A stretch of 64,000 bases of DNA. Origin: a plasmid. Shown here piece by piece: positions 21,358 through 34,816 of the stretch. Location of the stretch: the sequence record NZ_CP011600.1; one strand, written 5' to 3'. Position 1 is the first letter of the stretch. Each line of letters opens with the position of its first letter. The notes beneath the pieces are model-generated. The model was not told where the DNA came from, did not search any database, and saw only the letters and a program-made list of their open reading frames with translations. The translations under genes and the position numbers were made by a program.

Positions 21358-21802
21358 TGGACAAATCCGGCCACGCCGGATACGTCAGCAAATATCGCTG
21401 AAGAATTAGCTTACACGCTCGTAAGCGGCTCTTACGACCCGCTAACGCGGAGATACGCCCCAACTGCGGCTTCGCCTTGTTGTGACCACTCCGACCGCGC
21501 ACAAAAGCCTCTGAGCCGCTTTTAGCGGAATATGGCTTTGCAGGGTGAAGGGATGGATAGGCGATCCCTTTCGATCCCTCACTGGTATCGGCGGCTAACC
21601 CTCGGTGCTACCTGTCATTTCATCCTGCCGCCTTACATGCGCTAACGCGCATAAATCCCCGTTCCTCAGTGGAACGAAAACTCACGCTAACAGGGTAGTG
21701 ACCGGGTAGCCACGATAACTGCCAACAAAATTAGCTTATAGGTTAATTCTACCTTGTCTGAAATTAGCCTATAGGTTAATATTAATAGAAATGGGAGGTC
21801 AC

Positions 21803-22132
21803 ATGTTTAGCGTTGTTTATCACCCGGAAGCCAGGGAAGAAGCCACAGCATTACCCGTAAAAATCAGGGTGAAGTTTGACCGTCTCATCGGCAAACTGGA
21901 GTATGACGCCCGATTACTGCGGGAGCCGGACACGAAGCCCCTGGGCGATGGACTTTTTGAGATCCGCACGATGGGGACGGACATAGCCAGGGGAATCTGG
22001 GTATACCACAAAGGCAATACCATCATCATGCTCCGTGTTTTCATCAAGAAGTCACAGAAAACGCCAGCGAAAGAAATCGATCTCGCCAAAAAGCGGTTAG
22101 CGGAGGTACTTAATGAAACTGGTAAGCCATAA
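21803..22132 (+). CDS. higB: HigB/RelE-family toxin
   Basis: 109 aa from MFSVVYHPEA (GGGAGG SD); toxin-first order with an overlapping downstream HTH antitoxin. Confidence 0.7.
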   Translation: MFSVVYHPEAREEATALPVKIRVKFDRLIGKLEYDARLLREPDTKPLGDGLFEIRTMGTDIARGIWVYHKGNTIIMLRVFIKKSQKTPAKEIDLAKKRLAEVLNETGKP

Positions 22133-22394
22133 AGAACTGCATAACGAGTGGATGCAGGACGATGAATATCGCGCTGCATGGCAGGAAGAAGAACGTAAGG
22201 AAAAGCTCAGGGAGCTGCTTGCTGAATGGCGCAAGCATGACAACCTGACAAAAGCGCAGGTTGCTGAACGCATGGGGGTTACACCTCCGGTTATTTCTCG
22301 CCTGGAAAACAACATCACCAAAGCCAGCATCGACACACTGACCCGCTACGCTCACGCCTGCGGCATCAAGAAACCTGTCATTGCCCTGTACTGA
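22113..22394 (+). CDS. higA: HigA-type XRE-family HTH antitoxin
   Basis: 93 aa; HTH LTKAQVAERMGVTPPVISRLEN; 20-bp overlap with higB. Confidence 0.7.
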   Translation: MKLVSHKELHNEWMQDDEYRAAWQEEERKEKLRELLAEWRKHDNLTKAQVAERMGVTPPVISRLENNITKASIDTLTRYAHACGIKKPVIALY

Positions 22395-22397
22395 ATA

Positions 22398-22427
22398 GCC
22401 AGCCCTCCGGGGCTGGCCTTTTTGTTT
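22398..22427 (+). terminator. rho-independent terminator after higA
   Basis: GCCAGCCC-tccg-GGGCTGGC followed by CTTTTTGTTT. Confidence 0.7.
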
Positions 22428-22771
22428 CGGTCAGTCCCAAAATTTTGTTAAAGCAAGTTTAAAATGTCACCTGTTTCTCCAAAGTTGAAATGTCACTTCT
22501 AAGCCAATCTATTTATACATAATCTTTACATCTTTCCCCGGTGACAAAGTGCTAATTGGTCTGTAATGTTCAATGTGTGGCAGGCAAGCCGCCGGTGACT
22601 TAGGCATAAGTTGCTGATGGGTCGAAAAGAATCTCCGAGACTGCCTTGTGGGCAAACTTGTCATTGGCAGGGCCGATGGTGAGGGTTGAAGGTCGTTCTG
22701 GAAAGCTCGAAACGTGGGAACAATACCGGTTACGTAAACCACGAACTGTCCAAGGCTGCGGCAGTATAAAT

Positions 22772-23591
22772 GGCACTGTTGCAAAGTTAGCGATGAGGCA
22801 GCCTTTTGTCTTATTCAAAGGCCTTACATTTCAAAAACTCTGCTTACCAGGCGCATTTCGCCCAGGGGATCACCATAATAAAATGCTGAGGCCTGGCCTT
22901 TGCGTAGTGCACGCATCACCTCAATACCTTTGATGGTGGCGTAAGCCGTCTTCATGGATTTAAATCCCAGCGTGGCGTTGATTATCCGTTTCAGTTTGCC
23001 ATGATCGCATTCAATCACGTTGTTCCGGTACTTAATCTGTCGGTGTTCAACGTCAGACGGGCACCGGCCTTCGCGTTTGAGCAGAGCAAGCGCGCGACCA
23101 TAGGCGGGCGCTTTATCCGTGTTGATGAATCGTGGGATCTGCCACTTCTTCACGTTGTTGAGGATTTTACCCAGAAACCGGTATGCAGCTTTGCTGTTAC
23201 GACGGGAGGAGAGATAAAAATCGACAGTGCGGCCCCGGCTGTCGACGGCCCGGTACAGATACGCCCAGCGGCCATTGACCTTCACGTAGGTTTCATCCAT
23301 GTGCCACGGGCAAAGATCGGAAGGGTTACGCCAGTACCAGCGCAGCCGTTTTTCCATTTCAGGCGCATAACGCTGAACCCAGCGGTAAATCGTGGAGTGA
23401 TCGACATTCACTCCGCGTTCAGCCAGCATCTCCTGCAGCTCACGGTAACTGATGCCGTATTTGCAGTACCAGCGTACGGCCCACAGAATGATGTCACGCT
23501 GAAAATGCCGGCCTTTGAATGGGTTCATGTGCAGCTCCATCAGCAAAAGGGGATGATAAGTTTATCACCACCGACTATTTGCAACAGTGCC
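22772..23591 (-). mobile_element. IS26 (820 bp)
   Basis: 14-bp IRs GGCACTGTTGCAAA / TTTGCAACAGTGCC at exactly 820-bp spacing; Tnp26 ORF inside; the flanks GTATAAAT and GATCTCCA give no 8-bp target-site duplication. Confidence 0.9.
22824..23546 (-). CDS. tnpA: IS26 transposase Tnp26
   Basis: MNPFKGRHFQRDIILWAVRWYCKYGISYRELQEM... matches IS6-family Tnp26. Confidence 0.9.
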   Translation of the reverse strand: MLMELHMNPFKGRHFQRDIILWAVRWYCKYGISYRELQEMLAERGVNVDHSTIYRWVQRYAPEMEKRLRWYWRNPSDLCPWHMDETYVKVNGRWAYLYRAVDSRGRTVDFYLSSRRNSKAAYRFLGKILNNVKKWQIPRFINTDKAPAYGRALALLKREGRCPSDVEHRQIKYRNNVIECDHGKLKRIINATLGFKSMKTAYATIKGIEVMRALRKGQASAFYYGDPLGEMRLVSRVFEM

Positions 23592-23751
23592 GATCTCCAT
23601 GCCCTCCGTGGCCGTGGAAAAGATGCATTAGCGGGCAGACCAGCAATAACAGATATGGCCAGTAACCTGCCACATGTGACCAGTGTTCGCGCAGGAGGGC
23701 AAATGCCGCGATCGCGGCGACAGCAATAAGCGCATAGGTGGTACTTTTCAT
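23592..23751 (-). pseudogene. small membrane/His-rich ORF downstream of silP whose C-terminus is replaced by IS26 sequence
   Basis: MKSTTYALIAVAAIAAFALLREHWSHVAGYWPYLLLLVCPLMHLFHGHGGHGDRH then reads into the IS26 IR; shorter than 60 aa, so it is absent from the ORF track. Confidence 0.3.
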
Positions 23752-23791
23752 ACCGGACTCCTTCTGTTCGTAACAGCCCCTTCACTCAGTG

Positions 23792-26239
23792 TTATTTCCC
23801 GAGCCTGACACTTTTCAGACGCAACGCATTCACAATGACGCTGACGGAGGAAAGAGCCATGGCCGCCGCCGCAATAACTGGCGACAGCAGTATTCCATAC
23901 ACAGGATAAAGCAGACCTGCAGCCACAGGCACGCCAAGTGCGTTGTAGATAAATGCAAAAAACAGATTCTGTCGGATATTTTTCATGGTGATTTCTGACA
24001 GATGACGGGCCCTGTTCAGTATCATCAGGTCGCCTTTGAGAAGGGTGACTCCGGCACTTTCAATTGCCACATCTGTACCCGTTCCCATGGCTATACCCAC
24101 GTCAGCCGCTGCCAGCGCCGGGGCATCATTCACACCGTCTCCGGCCATCGCAACCACATGGCCAGACGCTTTCAGTCGGGTTATCACTGCTTTTTTGCCA
24201 TCCGGCAGAATCCCGGCTTCAACCTCATCTATTCCCAGTTTCCGTGCGACTGCTTCAGCGGTAAGCTGGTTATCCCCGGTGAGCATAACGATGCGGATCC
24301 CCGCCTGACGCAAAGCTTTAAGCGCATCCGGCGTGGTTGCTTTCACGGGATCCGAGATAGCTATCAGGCCTGCAAGGTGCCCGTCTGTGGCCACATAGAT
24401 AACGGTAGCGCCTTCCATCCGCAACGTATCCGCAACGGCCTTTTGATTATCAATAACGATACTGTTTTCCTGCATAGCCAGTTCATTACCAATAACAACC
24501 CGTTGACCTTCGACATCGCCTGAGACACCTTTACCCGACGGCGCATTGAAATGAGTGACTGCGGGTATTGCGATCCCCTTTTCCTGTGCTGCTTTAACTA
24601 CTGCCATACCCAGCGGATGCTGCGAGCCTTTTTCCACTGCGGCCGTTACACGCAAAAGAGATGTTTCCCCACCCGGATTGAGACTGATAATCCCTGTCAC
24701 CGTCGGCGAACCTTCCGTGAGCGTGCCTGTTTTGTCGACAACCAGCGTGTCCACTTTTTCAAGACGCTCAAGGGCTTCGGCATTCCTGATTAACACCCCG
24801 GCCTGGGCTCCTTTGCCCACCCCCACCATTATCGACATCGGCGTGGCCAGCCCCAGCGCGCAGGGACAGGCAATAATCAGGACCGACACAGCCGCAATGA
24901 GACCGTGCGCCATCCTGGGCTCGGGCCCCCAGACAGACCAGATCATGAAAGCAACAACCGCGATAAGTATCACCAGAGGAACAAACCAGCCTGAAACGCT
25001 GTCAGCCATTCTCTGGATGGGGGCCCGCGAACGCTGTGCATCAGCGACCATCTGAACAATTCGTGAGAGCATCGTTTCATCACCGACTTTCTCTGCACGG
25101 ATGATAAGACTACCTGTCTGATTAATGGTCCCCCCGATGACAGGGTCACCCTCCGTTTTGGTAACAGGCATAGATTCCCCGGTCACCATCGATTCATCAA
25201 CGGTTGTTTTGCCTTCGACCACGATACCGTCGACCGGAATACTCTCTCCAGGTCTGATGCGGAGCTTATCGCCAGGCAGGACATCTTCCGCATTAATATC
25301 CGTTTCATGACCGTCTTGATCCAGCCGCCTGGCGGTTTTGGGGGCAAGGTTAAGAAGCGCAGTAATGGCACCTGAGGTTTGTTCCCTTGCCCGCAATTCA
25401 AGGACCTGTCCCAGCAGAACAAGCACCGTAATAACTGCTGCGGCTTCAAAATAAACGGCCACCAGGCCATCCATGTTTCTGAACGATGCAGGAAACCAGG
25501 AGGGGAAGACGGTTGCAATGACGCTGTAAACCCAGGCTACGCCGGTCCCCATTGCAACAAGGGTAAACATATTCAGGGAGCGGTTACGTAACGACATTAC
25601 GGCCCGGGCGAAGAATGGCCAGCCACACCACAACACGACAGGGGAGGCCAGAAGCAGCTGCAGCCATGTGTTGTACTGTGGCGGTACTGTATTCCTCAAG
25701 TCGGGAAACAGATGAGATCCCATTTCGAGTACCAGAACCGGAAACGCCAGCAACAACCCCAGCCAGAAGCGTCTTGTCATGTCGTGAAGTTCATCACTCG
25801 GCCCCGTGGATGCCGTAGCTACGAGCGGCTCCAGTGCCATTCCACAGACAGGACAGCTTCCGGGACCACTGCGGCGTATCTCCGGGTGCATCGGACATGT
25901 CCACACACCTTCAGAATTCTCTTTTTCCGCCTGGTGGTGAGGCTGTTTTATCTGATCAGGGCTGACTTCGTGATGATCGTGGTGATGGTGATGGGAATGT
26001 TCACTGGCATCTTCGGTAAGATAACGATCGGGATGGGCTTTAAATTTACTCTCACAGCTGGCGGAGCAGAAATAAAGTTGATGGTCCTGGTATCGAATGC
26101 TGCTGTGCGCCCTGTCGGGCAGGATGGCCATCCCGCACACGGGATCTCTCACCTTATGCAATACGTGGCCCTCGTCCGGGGATAATGTCTGCTCAGAAGC
26201 AGTCTGGTTGTTGTGTTGCACTGCATTGTCATTTTTCAC
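23792..26239 (-). CDS. silP: Ag+/Cu+ P1B-type ATPase SilP
   Basis: 815 aa; N-terminal CxxC metal-binding motifs, CPC in TM6, [17 protein letters not shown]. Confidence 0.85.
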   Translation of the reverse strand: MKNDNAVQHNNQTASEQTLSPDEGHVLHKVRDPVCGMAILPDRAHSSIRYQDHQLYFCSASCESKFKAHPDRYLTEDASEHSHHHHHDHHEVSPDQIKQPHHQAEKENSEGVWTCPMHPEIRRSGPGSCPVCGMALEPLVATASTGPSDELHDMTRRFWLGLLLAFPVLVLEMGSHLFPDLRNTVPPQYNTWLQLLLASPVVLWCGWPFFARAVMSLRNRSLNMFTLVAMGTGVAWVYSVIATVFPSWFPASFRNMDGLVAVYFEAAAVITVLVLLGQVLELRAREQTSGAITALLNLAPKTARRLDQDGHETDINAEDVLPGDKLRIRPGESIPVDGIVVEGKTTVDESMVTGESMPVTKTEGDPVIGGTINQTGSLIIRAEKVGDETMLSRIVQMVADAQRSRAPIQRMADSVSGWFVPLVILIAVVAFMIWSVWGPEPRMAHGLIAAVSVLIIACPCALGLATPMSIMVGVGKGAQAGVLIRNAEALERLEKVDTLVVDKTGTLTEGSPTVTGIISLNPGGETSLLRVTAAVEKGSQHPLGMAVVKAAQEKGIAIPAVTHFNAPSGKGVSGDVEGQRVVIGNELAMQENSIVIDNQKAVADTLRMEGATVIYVATDGHLAGLIAISDPVKATTPDALKALRQAGIRIVMLTGDNQLTAEAVARKLGIDEVEAGILPDGKKAVITRLKASGHVVAMAGDGVNDAPALAAADVGIAMGTGTDVAIESAGVTLLKGDLMILNRARHLSEITMKNIRQNLFFAFIYNALGVPVAAGLLYPVYGILLSPVIAAAAMALSSVSVIVNALRLKSVRLGK

Positions 26240-26365
26240 AGTAACTCTCCTTATGCATACCGAAGCATCTTCTGTCTTCAGGGTATGTCATGGATGCGAT
26301 TACCACGAATATCGCCGGCACAGGAGTGCCTGCTACCGGCGTCCCGTTATCAGCCGTTCCGCTGA

Positions 26366-26812
26366 CTATTCGATTCGCTGGAAGACTTTTTTACTTCCAT
26401 CCGGTGAGAATGCGATAACATCGTAAGCCTCTTTTCGGGCTCCCATCTCCATTCCAGGACTTCCTGCTGGCATACCGGGGGTGGCGAGACCGTATATACC
26501 CGAACCAGACTGCATTGCCTTATGTATCGTTGTCGCAGGCACATGGCCTTCAATGATCAAATTACCGGCAACCGCGGTATGACAACTTCGTAGTCCTGCA
26601 GGAATAGCATGCTTTTCTTTCAGGGCTGACAGCGCCTGATCATTCATGACGTGAGTTCGTACTTCAAACCCGTCTTTTTCCATCGCCTTGCCCCACAGGG
26701 AACAACAGCCACAGTTTTCAGATTTGTACATATCAATCACTTTTTCACTCGCCATTGCGGGCAGTGAAAGGCCGAGAGCCAGGGCCACCAGGACCACTTT
26801 TTTCATACTCAC
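26366..26812 (-). CDS. DUF411/CopG-family periplasmic protein (sil ORF105/silG-like)
   Basis: 148 aa; signal peptide with CGCCS and HVMND motifs; occupies the position between silA and silP. Confidence 0.7.
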   Translation of the reverse strand: MSMKKVVLVALALGLSLPAMASEKVIDMYKSENCGCCSLWGKAMEKDGFEVRTHVMNDQALSALKEKHAIPAGLRSCHTAVAGNLIIEGHVPATTIHKAMQSGSGIYGLATPGMPAGSPGMEMGARKEAYDVIAFSPDGSKKVFQRIE

Positions 26813-26892
26813 CTCTGTATATTATCGATATAACCCCTGACGTCAGGATGAATCAGTACAGAAGGGCACCCACAGAGGATGCCCTTACAGGG

Positions 26893-29800
26893 TTATGACA
26901 CGCTTTTTTTATGTCTGCGCAGCCAGATTAATTTGTAGGCGGCAGGAATTATGAACAGGGACAGCAGCGGAGCCGTGATCATCCCACCAATCATGGGTGC
27001 CGCGATACGGCTCATGACTTCTGAACCTGCACCGGTTCCCCAGAGTATTGGCAGCAGACCCGCAATGATCACCGCCACGGTCATGGCTTTCGGCCGGACA
27101 CGCAGCACGGCACCATGATAGAGGGCTTCATCAAGACCTTCCGGTGTGAACGTCTCTTTACGGGACAATTCCGGGTGCACTTCAATGGCATGACGCAGAT
27201 ACATCAGCATGACCACGCCAAACTCTGCTGCCACCCCGGCCAGAGCGATAAACCCCGTTCCGGTTGCGACAGACATATGGAAGCCCTGCCAGTACAGGAA
27301 CCATATCCCGCCAACCAGGGCGAACGGCAGGCTCATCAGGATCAGCAGGGCTTCATCAACCCGGCGGAATGCCAGATACAACAGGATGAAGATGATCATC
27401 ACCGTCATCGGCACCATCAGCTTCAGTTTCTTGTTGGCATGCTCAAGCAGTTCAAACTGTCCGGAGAATGACACGCTGGTACCCGGTCTCAGTTTCACTT
27501 TCTGACTGATCGCCGTTTTAATGTCATTAACCACCGACACCATATCCCTGCCGCGCGCGTCAATGTAAATCCAGCTGGCTGGACGGGCATTTTCCGTTTT
27601 CAGCATAGTCGGCCCGGAAACGACCTTAATATCCGCAACATCGCCCAGCGTGATCTGCTGCTTCATCGGGGTCAGGATCGGCATCTGTTTCAGGGCCTGC
27701 GGGCTGTTCCGGTAATCCTGCGGATAGCGGATATTAATCGGGTACCGGGCCACGCCTTCAACCGTTTCCCCTACCGTCGCGCCGCCGATGGCTGATGAGA
27801 TGAACAGCTGCACATCGCCCACCGTCATTCCGTAGCGGGAGGCTTTTTCCCGGTTGATATCCACATCAATGTAGCGCCCGCCTTCCAGTCGCTCTGCGAG
27901 AGCAGACACTACGCCGGGTACGGTTTTGGCGACCGCTTCGATACTCTGCGCCGTTGCATCGATATCGGACAGAACCGTTCCGGACACCTTGATACCTATC
28001 GGGCTTTTGATCCCGGTTGAGAGCATATCAATACGGTTACGGATTGGCGGCACCCAGAGGTTTGCCAGCCCCGGTAAACGGACGGTCCTGTCGAGTTCTT
28101 CAATAATCTTGTCAATCGTCATGCCTGGACGCCACTGATCCTCAGGTTTGAGCTGGATCGTGGTTTCAACCATTTCGAGCGGTGCGGAATCCGTGGCGGT
28201 CTCTGCTTTACCGGTCTTGCCAAATACAGAGGCCACTTCAGGAACGCTTTTGATTAACTTGTCCGTCGTCTGCAGGAGCGCTGCAGCTTCAGCCGGAGAG
28301 ACACCCGGCAGGGTCGACGGCATATACAACAGGTCGCCCTCGTTAATCTTCGGCAGAAACTCACCGCCCACCTGGCTCAGTGGCCAGATAACGGTGAAAA
28401 TGGACAAGGCCGCAACCAGCAGGGTTGTTTTTGGCCAGTGGAGAACCCGCAACAGCAATGGATGATACGCTTTGATCAGTACCCGGTTCAGGGGGTTACT
28501 GGTCTCTGCAGGAATTTTCCCCCGGATCCAGAATCCCATCAGAATCGGAATGACGATGATGGCCAGCGCGGCCGCGCCCGCCATGGAGTACGTTTTCGTG
28601 AATGCCAGCGGGCCAAACAGACGTCCTTCCTGACCTTCCAGGGTAAAGATAGGAATAAAGGACAGGGTGATGATCAGCAGGCTGATAAACAGTGCGGGTC
28701 CCACTTCAACGGAGGCATCGGTAATCACCTTCCAGCGGGTGGCGTTGTCAATCTGCTCACCCGGATGCTGATGATCCCACTCCTCAAGCCGCTTATGCGC
28801 ATTCTCAATCATCACAATGGCGGCATCCACCATCGCACCGACGGCAATCGCTATCCCTCCCAGCGACATGATATTGGCGTTCAGTCCCTGGAAGTGCATG
28901 ACGATAAAGGCGATACACAGACCAAGCGGCAGAGAGATAATCGCCACCAGGGCAGAACGTACGTGCCACAGGAACAGGGCACAGACGATGGCCACCACGA
29001 TAAACTCTTCCAGAAGTTTGGAACTGAGGTTATCAATCGCCCGGTCGATTAACTGGCTGCGATCGTAGGTGGTCACGATTTCAACGCCTTCAGGCAGGCT
29101 GGCCTTCAGCGTCTCAAGTTTATCCCTCACTGCCGTGATAACGTCGCGCGCATTTTTACCCGATCGCAGGATCACCACGCCGCCTGCAACTTCTCCCTGG
29201 CCGTTCAGCTCGGCAATACCACGCCGCATTTCGGGCCCGGTCTGCACGCGGGCAACATCCCGCAGATAAACCGGCACGCCGTTCTCGCCTGTTTTCAGGA
29301 CGATGTTATTAAAATCGTCGATGCTCTGAAGATAACCGCTGGCACGGACCATATACTCCGCTTCGGCCATTTCAACGGATGAGCCACCGGCCTCCTGGTT
29401 AGACGATTCAAGGGCCTGTTTTACTTCGGGCAGGCTGATACCGTACTGGGACAGTTTTACCGGATTGACCTGAATCTGGTACTGTTTCACCACGCCGCCA
29501 ACCGAAGCGACCTCAGCCACGTTCGGGATGGTTTTCAGCTCAAATTTCAGGAACCAGTCCTGCAGAGAACGCAGTTCTGAAAGGTCGTGTTTTCCGCTGC
29601 GATCGACAAGGGCATATTCAAAAATCCAGCCCACACCCGTGGCATCCGGACCGATTTCAGAACTCACCCCGGCGGGCAGTTTTCCCTGAACCTGATTCAG
29701 ATATTCCAGCACGCGGGAACGGGCCCAGTACAGATCGGTGCCGTCTTCAAAAATGACATATACATACGAATCACCGAACTGTGAAAAACCACGCACAGTT

Positions 29801-30039
29801 TTTGCGCCAGGTACGGAGAGCATGGTGGTGGTAAGTGGATAGGTGACCTGGTTTTCTACAATCTGCGGGGCCTGGCCGGGATAGCTGGTTTTAATAATGA
29901 CCTGCACATCTGACAGGTCAGGCAAGGCATCGACCGGCGTGTTAATAATCGTCCATGTACCCCAGATGCTGAGAAACAGGGCCCCCATCATGACCAGGAA
30001 ACGGTTGGCGACAGAGCGCCGGATAATCCATTCAATCAT
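26893..30039 (-). CDS. silA: RND heavy-metal efflux pump SilA/CusA
   Basis: 1048 aa; 12-TM RND architecture, CusA-like. Confidence 0.9.
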   Translation of the reverse strand: MIEWIIRRSVANRFLVMMGALFLSIWGTWTIINTPVDALPDLSDVQVIIKTSYPGQAPQIVENQVTYPLTTTMLSVPGAKTVRGFSQFGDSYVYVIFEDGTDLYWARSRVLEYLNQVQGKLPAGVSSEIGPDATGVGWIFEYALVDRSGKHDLSELRSLQDWFLKFELKTIPNVAEVASVGGVVKQYQIQVNPVKLSQYGISLPEVKQALESSNQEAGGSSVEMAEAEYMVRASGYLQSIDDFNNIVLKTGENGVPVYLRDVARVQTGPEMRRGIAELNGQGEVAGGVVILRSGKNARDVITAVRDKLETLKASLPEGVEIVTTYDRSQLIDRAIDNLSSKLLEEFIVVAIVCALFLWHVRSALVAIISLPLGLCIAFIVMHFQGLNANIMSLGGIAIAVGAMVDAAIVMIENAHKRLEEWDHQHPGEQIDNATRWKVITDASVEVGPALFISLLIITLSFIPIFTLEGQEGRLFGPLAFTKTYSMAGAAALAIIVIPILMGFWIRGKIPAETSNPLNRVLIKAYHPLLLRVLHWPKTTLLVAALSIFTVIWPLSQVGGEFLPKINEGDLLYMPSTLPGVSPAEAAALLQTTDKLIKSVPEVASVFGKTGKAETATDSAPLEMVETTIQLKPEDQWRPGMTIDKIIEELDRTVRLPGLANLWVPPIRNRIDMLSTGIKSPIGIKVSGTVLSDIDATAQSIEAVAKTVPGVVSALAERLEGGRYIDVDINREKASRYGMTVGDVQLFISSAIGGATVGETVEGVARYPINIRYPQDYRNSPQALKQMPILTPMKQQITLGDVADIKVVSGPTMLKTENARPASWIYIDARGRDMVSVVNDIKTAISQKVKLRPGTSVSFSGQFELLEHANKKLKLMVPMTVMIIFILLYLAFRRVDEALLILMSLPFALVGGIWFLYWQGFHMSVATGTGFIALAGVAAEFGVVMLMYLRHAIEVHPELSRKETFTPEGLDEALYHGAVLRVRPKAMTVAVIIAGLLPILWGTGAGSEVMSRIAAPMIGGMITAPLLSLFIIPAAYKLIWLRRHKKSVS

Positions 30040-30049
30040 CGTCGTCTCC

Positions 30050-30999
30050 TCAGTGCCCTGAATGCATATTTACAGGCTGGTCAGACATTGCTGGCATACT
30101 GCTTTCTGTTTTTTCAGGATGGCGCATACGTTCCAGCGCGCCCGTAATATTGGCTTCGGAGTCAATGAGGAACAGACCACTGACCACCACGGTATCGCCT
30201 TCATTCAGGCCGGAGCCGATGCCGGACTGTTGTTGTGATTCATGCAGAACGTGGATCTGTTTCGGCACAAACTTGCCTTCATCATCAACAGTAATCACGC
30301 GCTGTTCTTTGCCGGTATCGATAACGGCCTGGCTTGGTATCAGCAGCATCTCCTGGCTCTTGGTATTGAGTTTCAGATAGGCATTCATGCCCGGCTTGAG
30401 AAACTCATCCTTATTAGAAACCTGGAGACGGACCTGAAGCGTACGGGTTGTCTGATCCACGCTGGGAAGAATGTTCCATTTTTCGACATGGAATGTTTTA
30501 TCCGGATAAGCCGGTACCGAAATTTCAAACTGCGACGTATCTTTCAGCAGATAGGCGATAGATTCCGGCACTGCAGCGCTGATCCAGACCGGGTCCATCC
30601 CCTGAATCTGAGCCACCACCTTATCTTTCGAAATATTCATGCCGGTGCGCAGGTCAAATGCAGTAATGACACCATCAATAGGTGCTTTAATGGTAAAACG
30701 GGTCTGGATTGTGCGGGTTGAACGCAGTCTTTGAATATCCTCTTCCGGCATACCAGCCAGACGAAGTCGCTCCAGAACCCCTTTTATCTGGGTTGGCGTA
30801 CCGCCTGTACCGGATAGCAGCAGGAACTCACTTTGTGCCTCAACCCATTCAGGAATGGTGATATCGATAAGCGGAGTGCCTTTCTTCACATGATCGCCAA
30901 TCGTCAGGGGATACACTTTTTCGACGAAACCGTCAGAGCGCGCCTGCACAATGACAAACTGATACTCGTTGTAACTGACATTAGCCGGGATTGTCTGAG
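30050..30999 (-). pseudogene. silB: 5'-truncated membrane-fusion protein gene silB/cusB (C-terminal about 316 aa only)
   Basis: The ORF reads straight into the IS5-like left end at 31000; no N-terminus, and no silF/silC/silRS/silE upstream. Confidence 0.8.
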
Positions 31000-32195
<1,196 letters not shown>

Positions 32196-32646
32196 TTAGC
32201 ACAAAATGCTGCTGTCGAAGCTCTGGAACACTGGTGCGCGCATTAACCAGGCGCTGAGCGATAGGCCAAGAGTGCCAATTTTGCCCGTCAGTTTTCCCGT
32301 AACTATGCTCTTTCTAACGTAACTCTTTACACCATTTGTAAGAAGTTCAATGAAGTCGCTAAAGAAAAATGGTTTGAGCCGCTTGAAGAAGAGACGCACG
32401 TTTCTGAATACGAATAGCAGAAGCCATACTGAAGCATGAACGTTCGAGATGATATTGAGCTGAAAATATTGACGACAAAGAACAAGCGAGAAGCAGTTAT
32501 CCTAATAGTTGCAACTATTAATAAAAATTGAAACACTCAATACTTTTATTCTATGATCTCCATCGCAATTTCTATCAATTTAAATACAATTATCAAAAAT
32601 CAATTATAATGTAATAATAAAACCAATTAATAGCGTTGAGGAAATT

Positions 32647-34319
32647 ATGAGCATAAACCCTATAATAATAAGGCAAAATTTTAAAATCGGCGAATTGGAC
32701 GCTGAATCAGACACACTTCTCTTGGAAAACTGTTTTATTGATAGTGGTTATCTTTCTAAACTATTAAACCCATCTGATACATCATCTATAGTTATAGGAA
32801 GAACAGGCGCAGGAAAAAGTGCTTTGTTGCACATGGTGGCAAACAAAGCACATAAATATAAAAAACTTGACCCTAATGATATTTCAATAGGTTTTCTAGA
32901 GCATTCAGATATAATTTCATTTTTTGAAGAGTTAAATGTTAATCTTGATATGTTTTATAAAGTATTATGGCGACATATTTTAATTATGGAATTATTAAAA
33001 ATACGCCATGACATTAAGAGTGAATCTGATACGAATAGCTTTTTCTCAAACTTGCTTAGCAGGCTAAAAAAGATGAGATAAAACGAAAAGCCCTTGAGTA
33101 TTTTAGGGAGTGGGGAGATAAATTTTGGATAGATACTGACACCCATCTTAGGGAAATAACATACAAACTGGAACGTGATACTAAGGCTTCGATTGGCACA
33201 GAATACAGTGCTGTAAATCTTAGTGCTGAATATGCAAAAAAACTAACCGAAGAACAAATACATGATGTTAAGAAACGAGCAAATGAGGTTGTCAGTAGGT
33301 TACAGATTCAAAAACTTAATGAAATACTTTCATTGCTTGCTGAATATTCTTTTGATGACCCACAAAAAAACTATTACATCATTATTGATCAACTGGATGA
33401 TAACTGGGCGGAAAATGATACAAGATATAAATTTATAAGAGCGCTAATTGAAGAGATTAAGGTGTTTCGTAAAATTAAAAATATCAAAATAATAGCTGCT
33501 TTACGCCTGGACCTTTTACGATCAGTATTTAATATTACAAGAGGCTCTGGTTTTCAGGAGGAAAAATATGAGTCATATATACTTGATATAAAATGGACCT
33601 CTCAACAACTAACCGAATTAGTCCAAAAACGAGTGCGAGAGGTATACAAAAGACAATATACTCGAGAAGATGTTACTATTAAAGATATATTTCCAAAAGC
33701 AAAGGGGGGGCATTTAGGCATCACCCCTATTGAATATATAATTGAAAGAACATTATTTCGACCAAGAGACGTTTTACAATACGTGAATGAGTGTTTTAAT
33801 GTGGCACTTAACAGAGAAAGAATATCATGGGATTCAATTCATAAAGCGGAGGCAGTCTATTCCTTAAAGCGCCTGAGATCTCTAAAAGAAGAATGGGGGG
33901 ATATATACCCTTCCTTTGAGGAAACAATTGAAATACTGAGAAATCTTCCTGATAAATTTAGTAGAACATCTATGTCAAAAAACACTATAGACGCGGTATT
34001 AAGTGAATTATCCATTCAAAATACTACTGATCCATGTGCTATTACAGCAAACAAATTTTTAGAAGGAGAATCAAGAGAACAGGATGTCATTAATGAAATA
34101 ATGCTTTGTCTTTATACAGTTGGAATTGTAGGTTTCAAGATTAGTAGCCTGACACCTTACAAATGGGCATTCAGAGACAGTACACCAACAACAAAAAATG
34201 AAATCAAACGTGCCAGTCTGATGAAAATTCATAAGATGCTCCATTCAGCTCTAGATATAAGAATAATTACTGGAAATCGCTATGAACGCGATGATGAGGA
34301 AGATATTGAGTGTTCTTAA
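32647..34319 (+). CDS. P-loop NTPase (about 556 aa if read through a -1 shift) in an AT-rich islet; the 0-frame stops at 33081 and the -1 frame continues from 33060
   Basis: Walker A GRTGAGKS (32647-frame) and Walker B IIIDQLDD (downstream frame); the frames join at A-AAA-AAG (33066-33072); local GC is far below the flanks. Confidence 0.5.
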
Positions 34320-34543
34320 TTATATTATCTTTTGGTTTATAACATTTTTTGCCAGAAACAAGGATTATTCCCACACACACTAAGAAACTTTACTTTGAAG
34401 ATGGACGGATGACAGCAGGAGCCGTCCTCTTTTCTGTTACTTACATCCTGACATTCCTCCATTTATCCCAAATATTCAGTACTGGACGCACCTTTGAGTA
34501 TCATTCAAACTGATTGTAAGATTTAAACTTACAATCGTGAGGC

Positions 34544-34816
34544 TTGTATATCGCCAGAACAATAACAGTGGATCTCGGACACGAACTCCGTGACTTCATA
34601 GAATATCTCATTGAATCAGGTGATTATCGTACGCAGAGTGAGGTGATCCGCGAGTCACTTCGTCTCCTTCGCGAGAAACAGGCAGAATCACGTCTCCAGA
34701 CCCTGCGGAATTTACTGGCAGAAGGCCTGAGCAGCGGCGAGCCTGTGGTGTGGGAAAAGGACACGTTCCTGAAAAAAGTTAAAGCAGGCACAAAGCCTGC
34801 CGGTGAAAAACGTTAA
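34544..34816 (+). CDS. parD: ParD-family (RHH) antitoxin
   Basis: About 90 aa; ...RTITVDLGHELRDFIEYLIESGDYRTQSEVIRESLRLLREKQ...; non-ATG start, so the boundary is uncertain. Confidence 0.65.
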   Translation: MYIARTITVDLGHELRDFIEYLIESGDYRTQSEVIRESLRLLREKQAESRLQTLRNLLAEGLSSGEPVVWEKDTFLKKVKAGTKPAGEKR

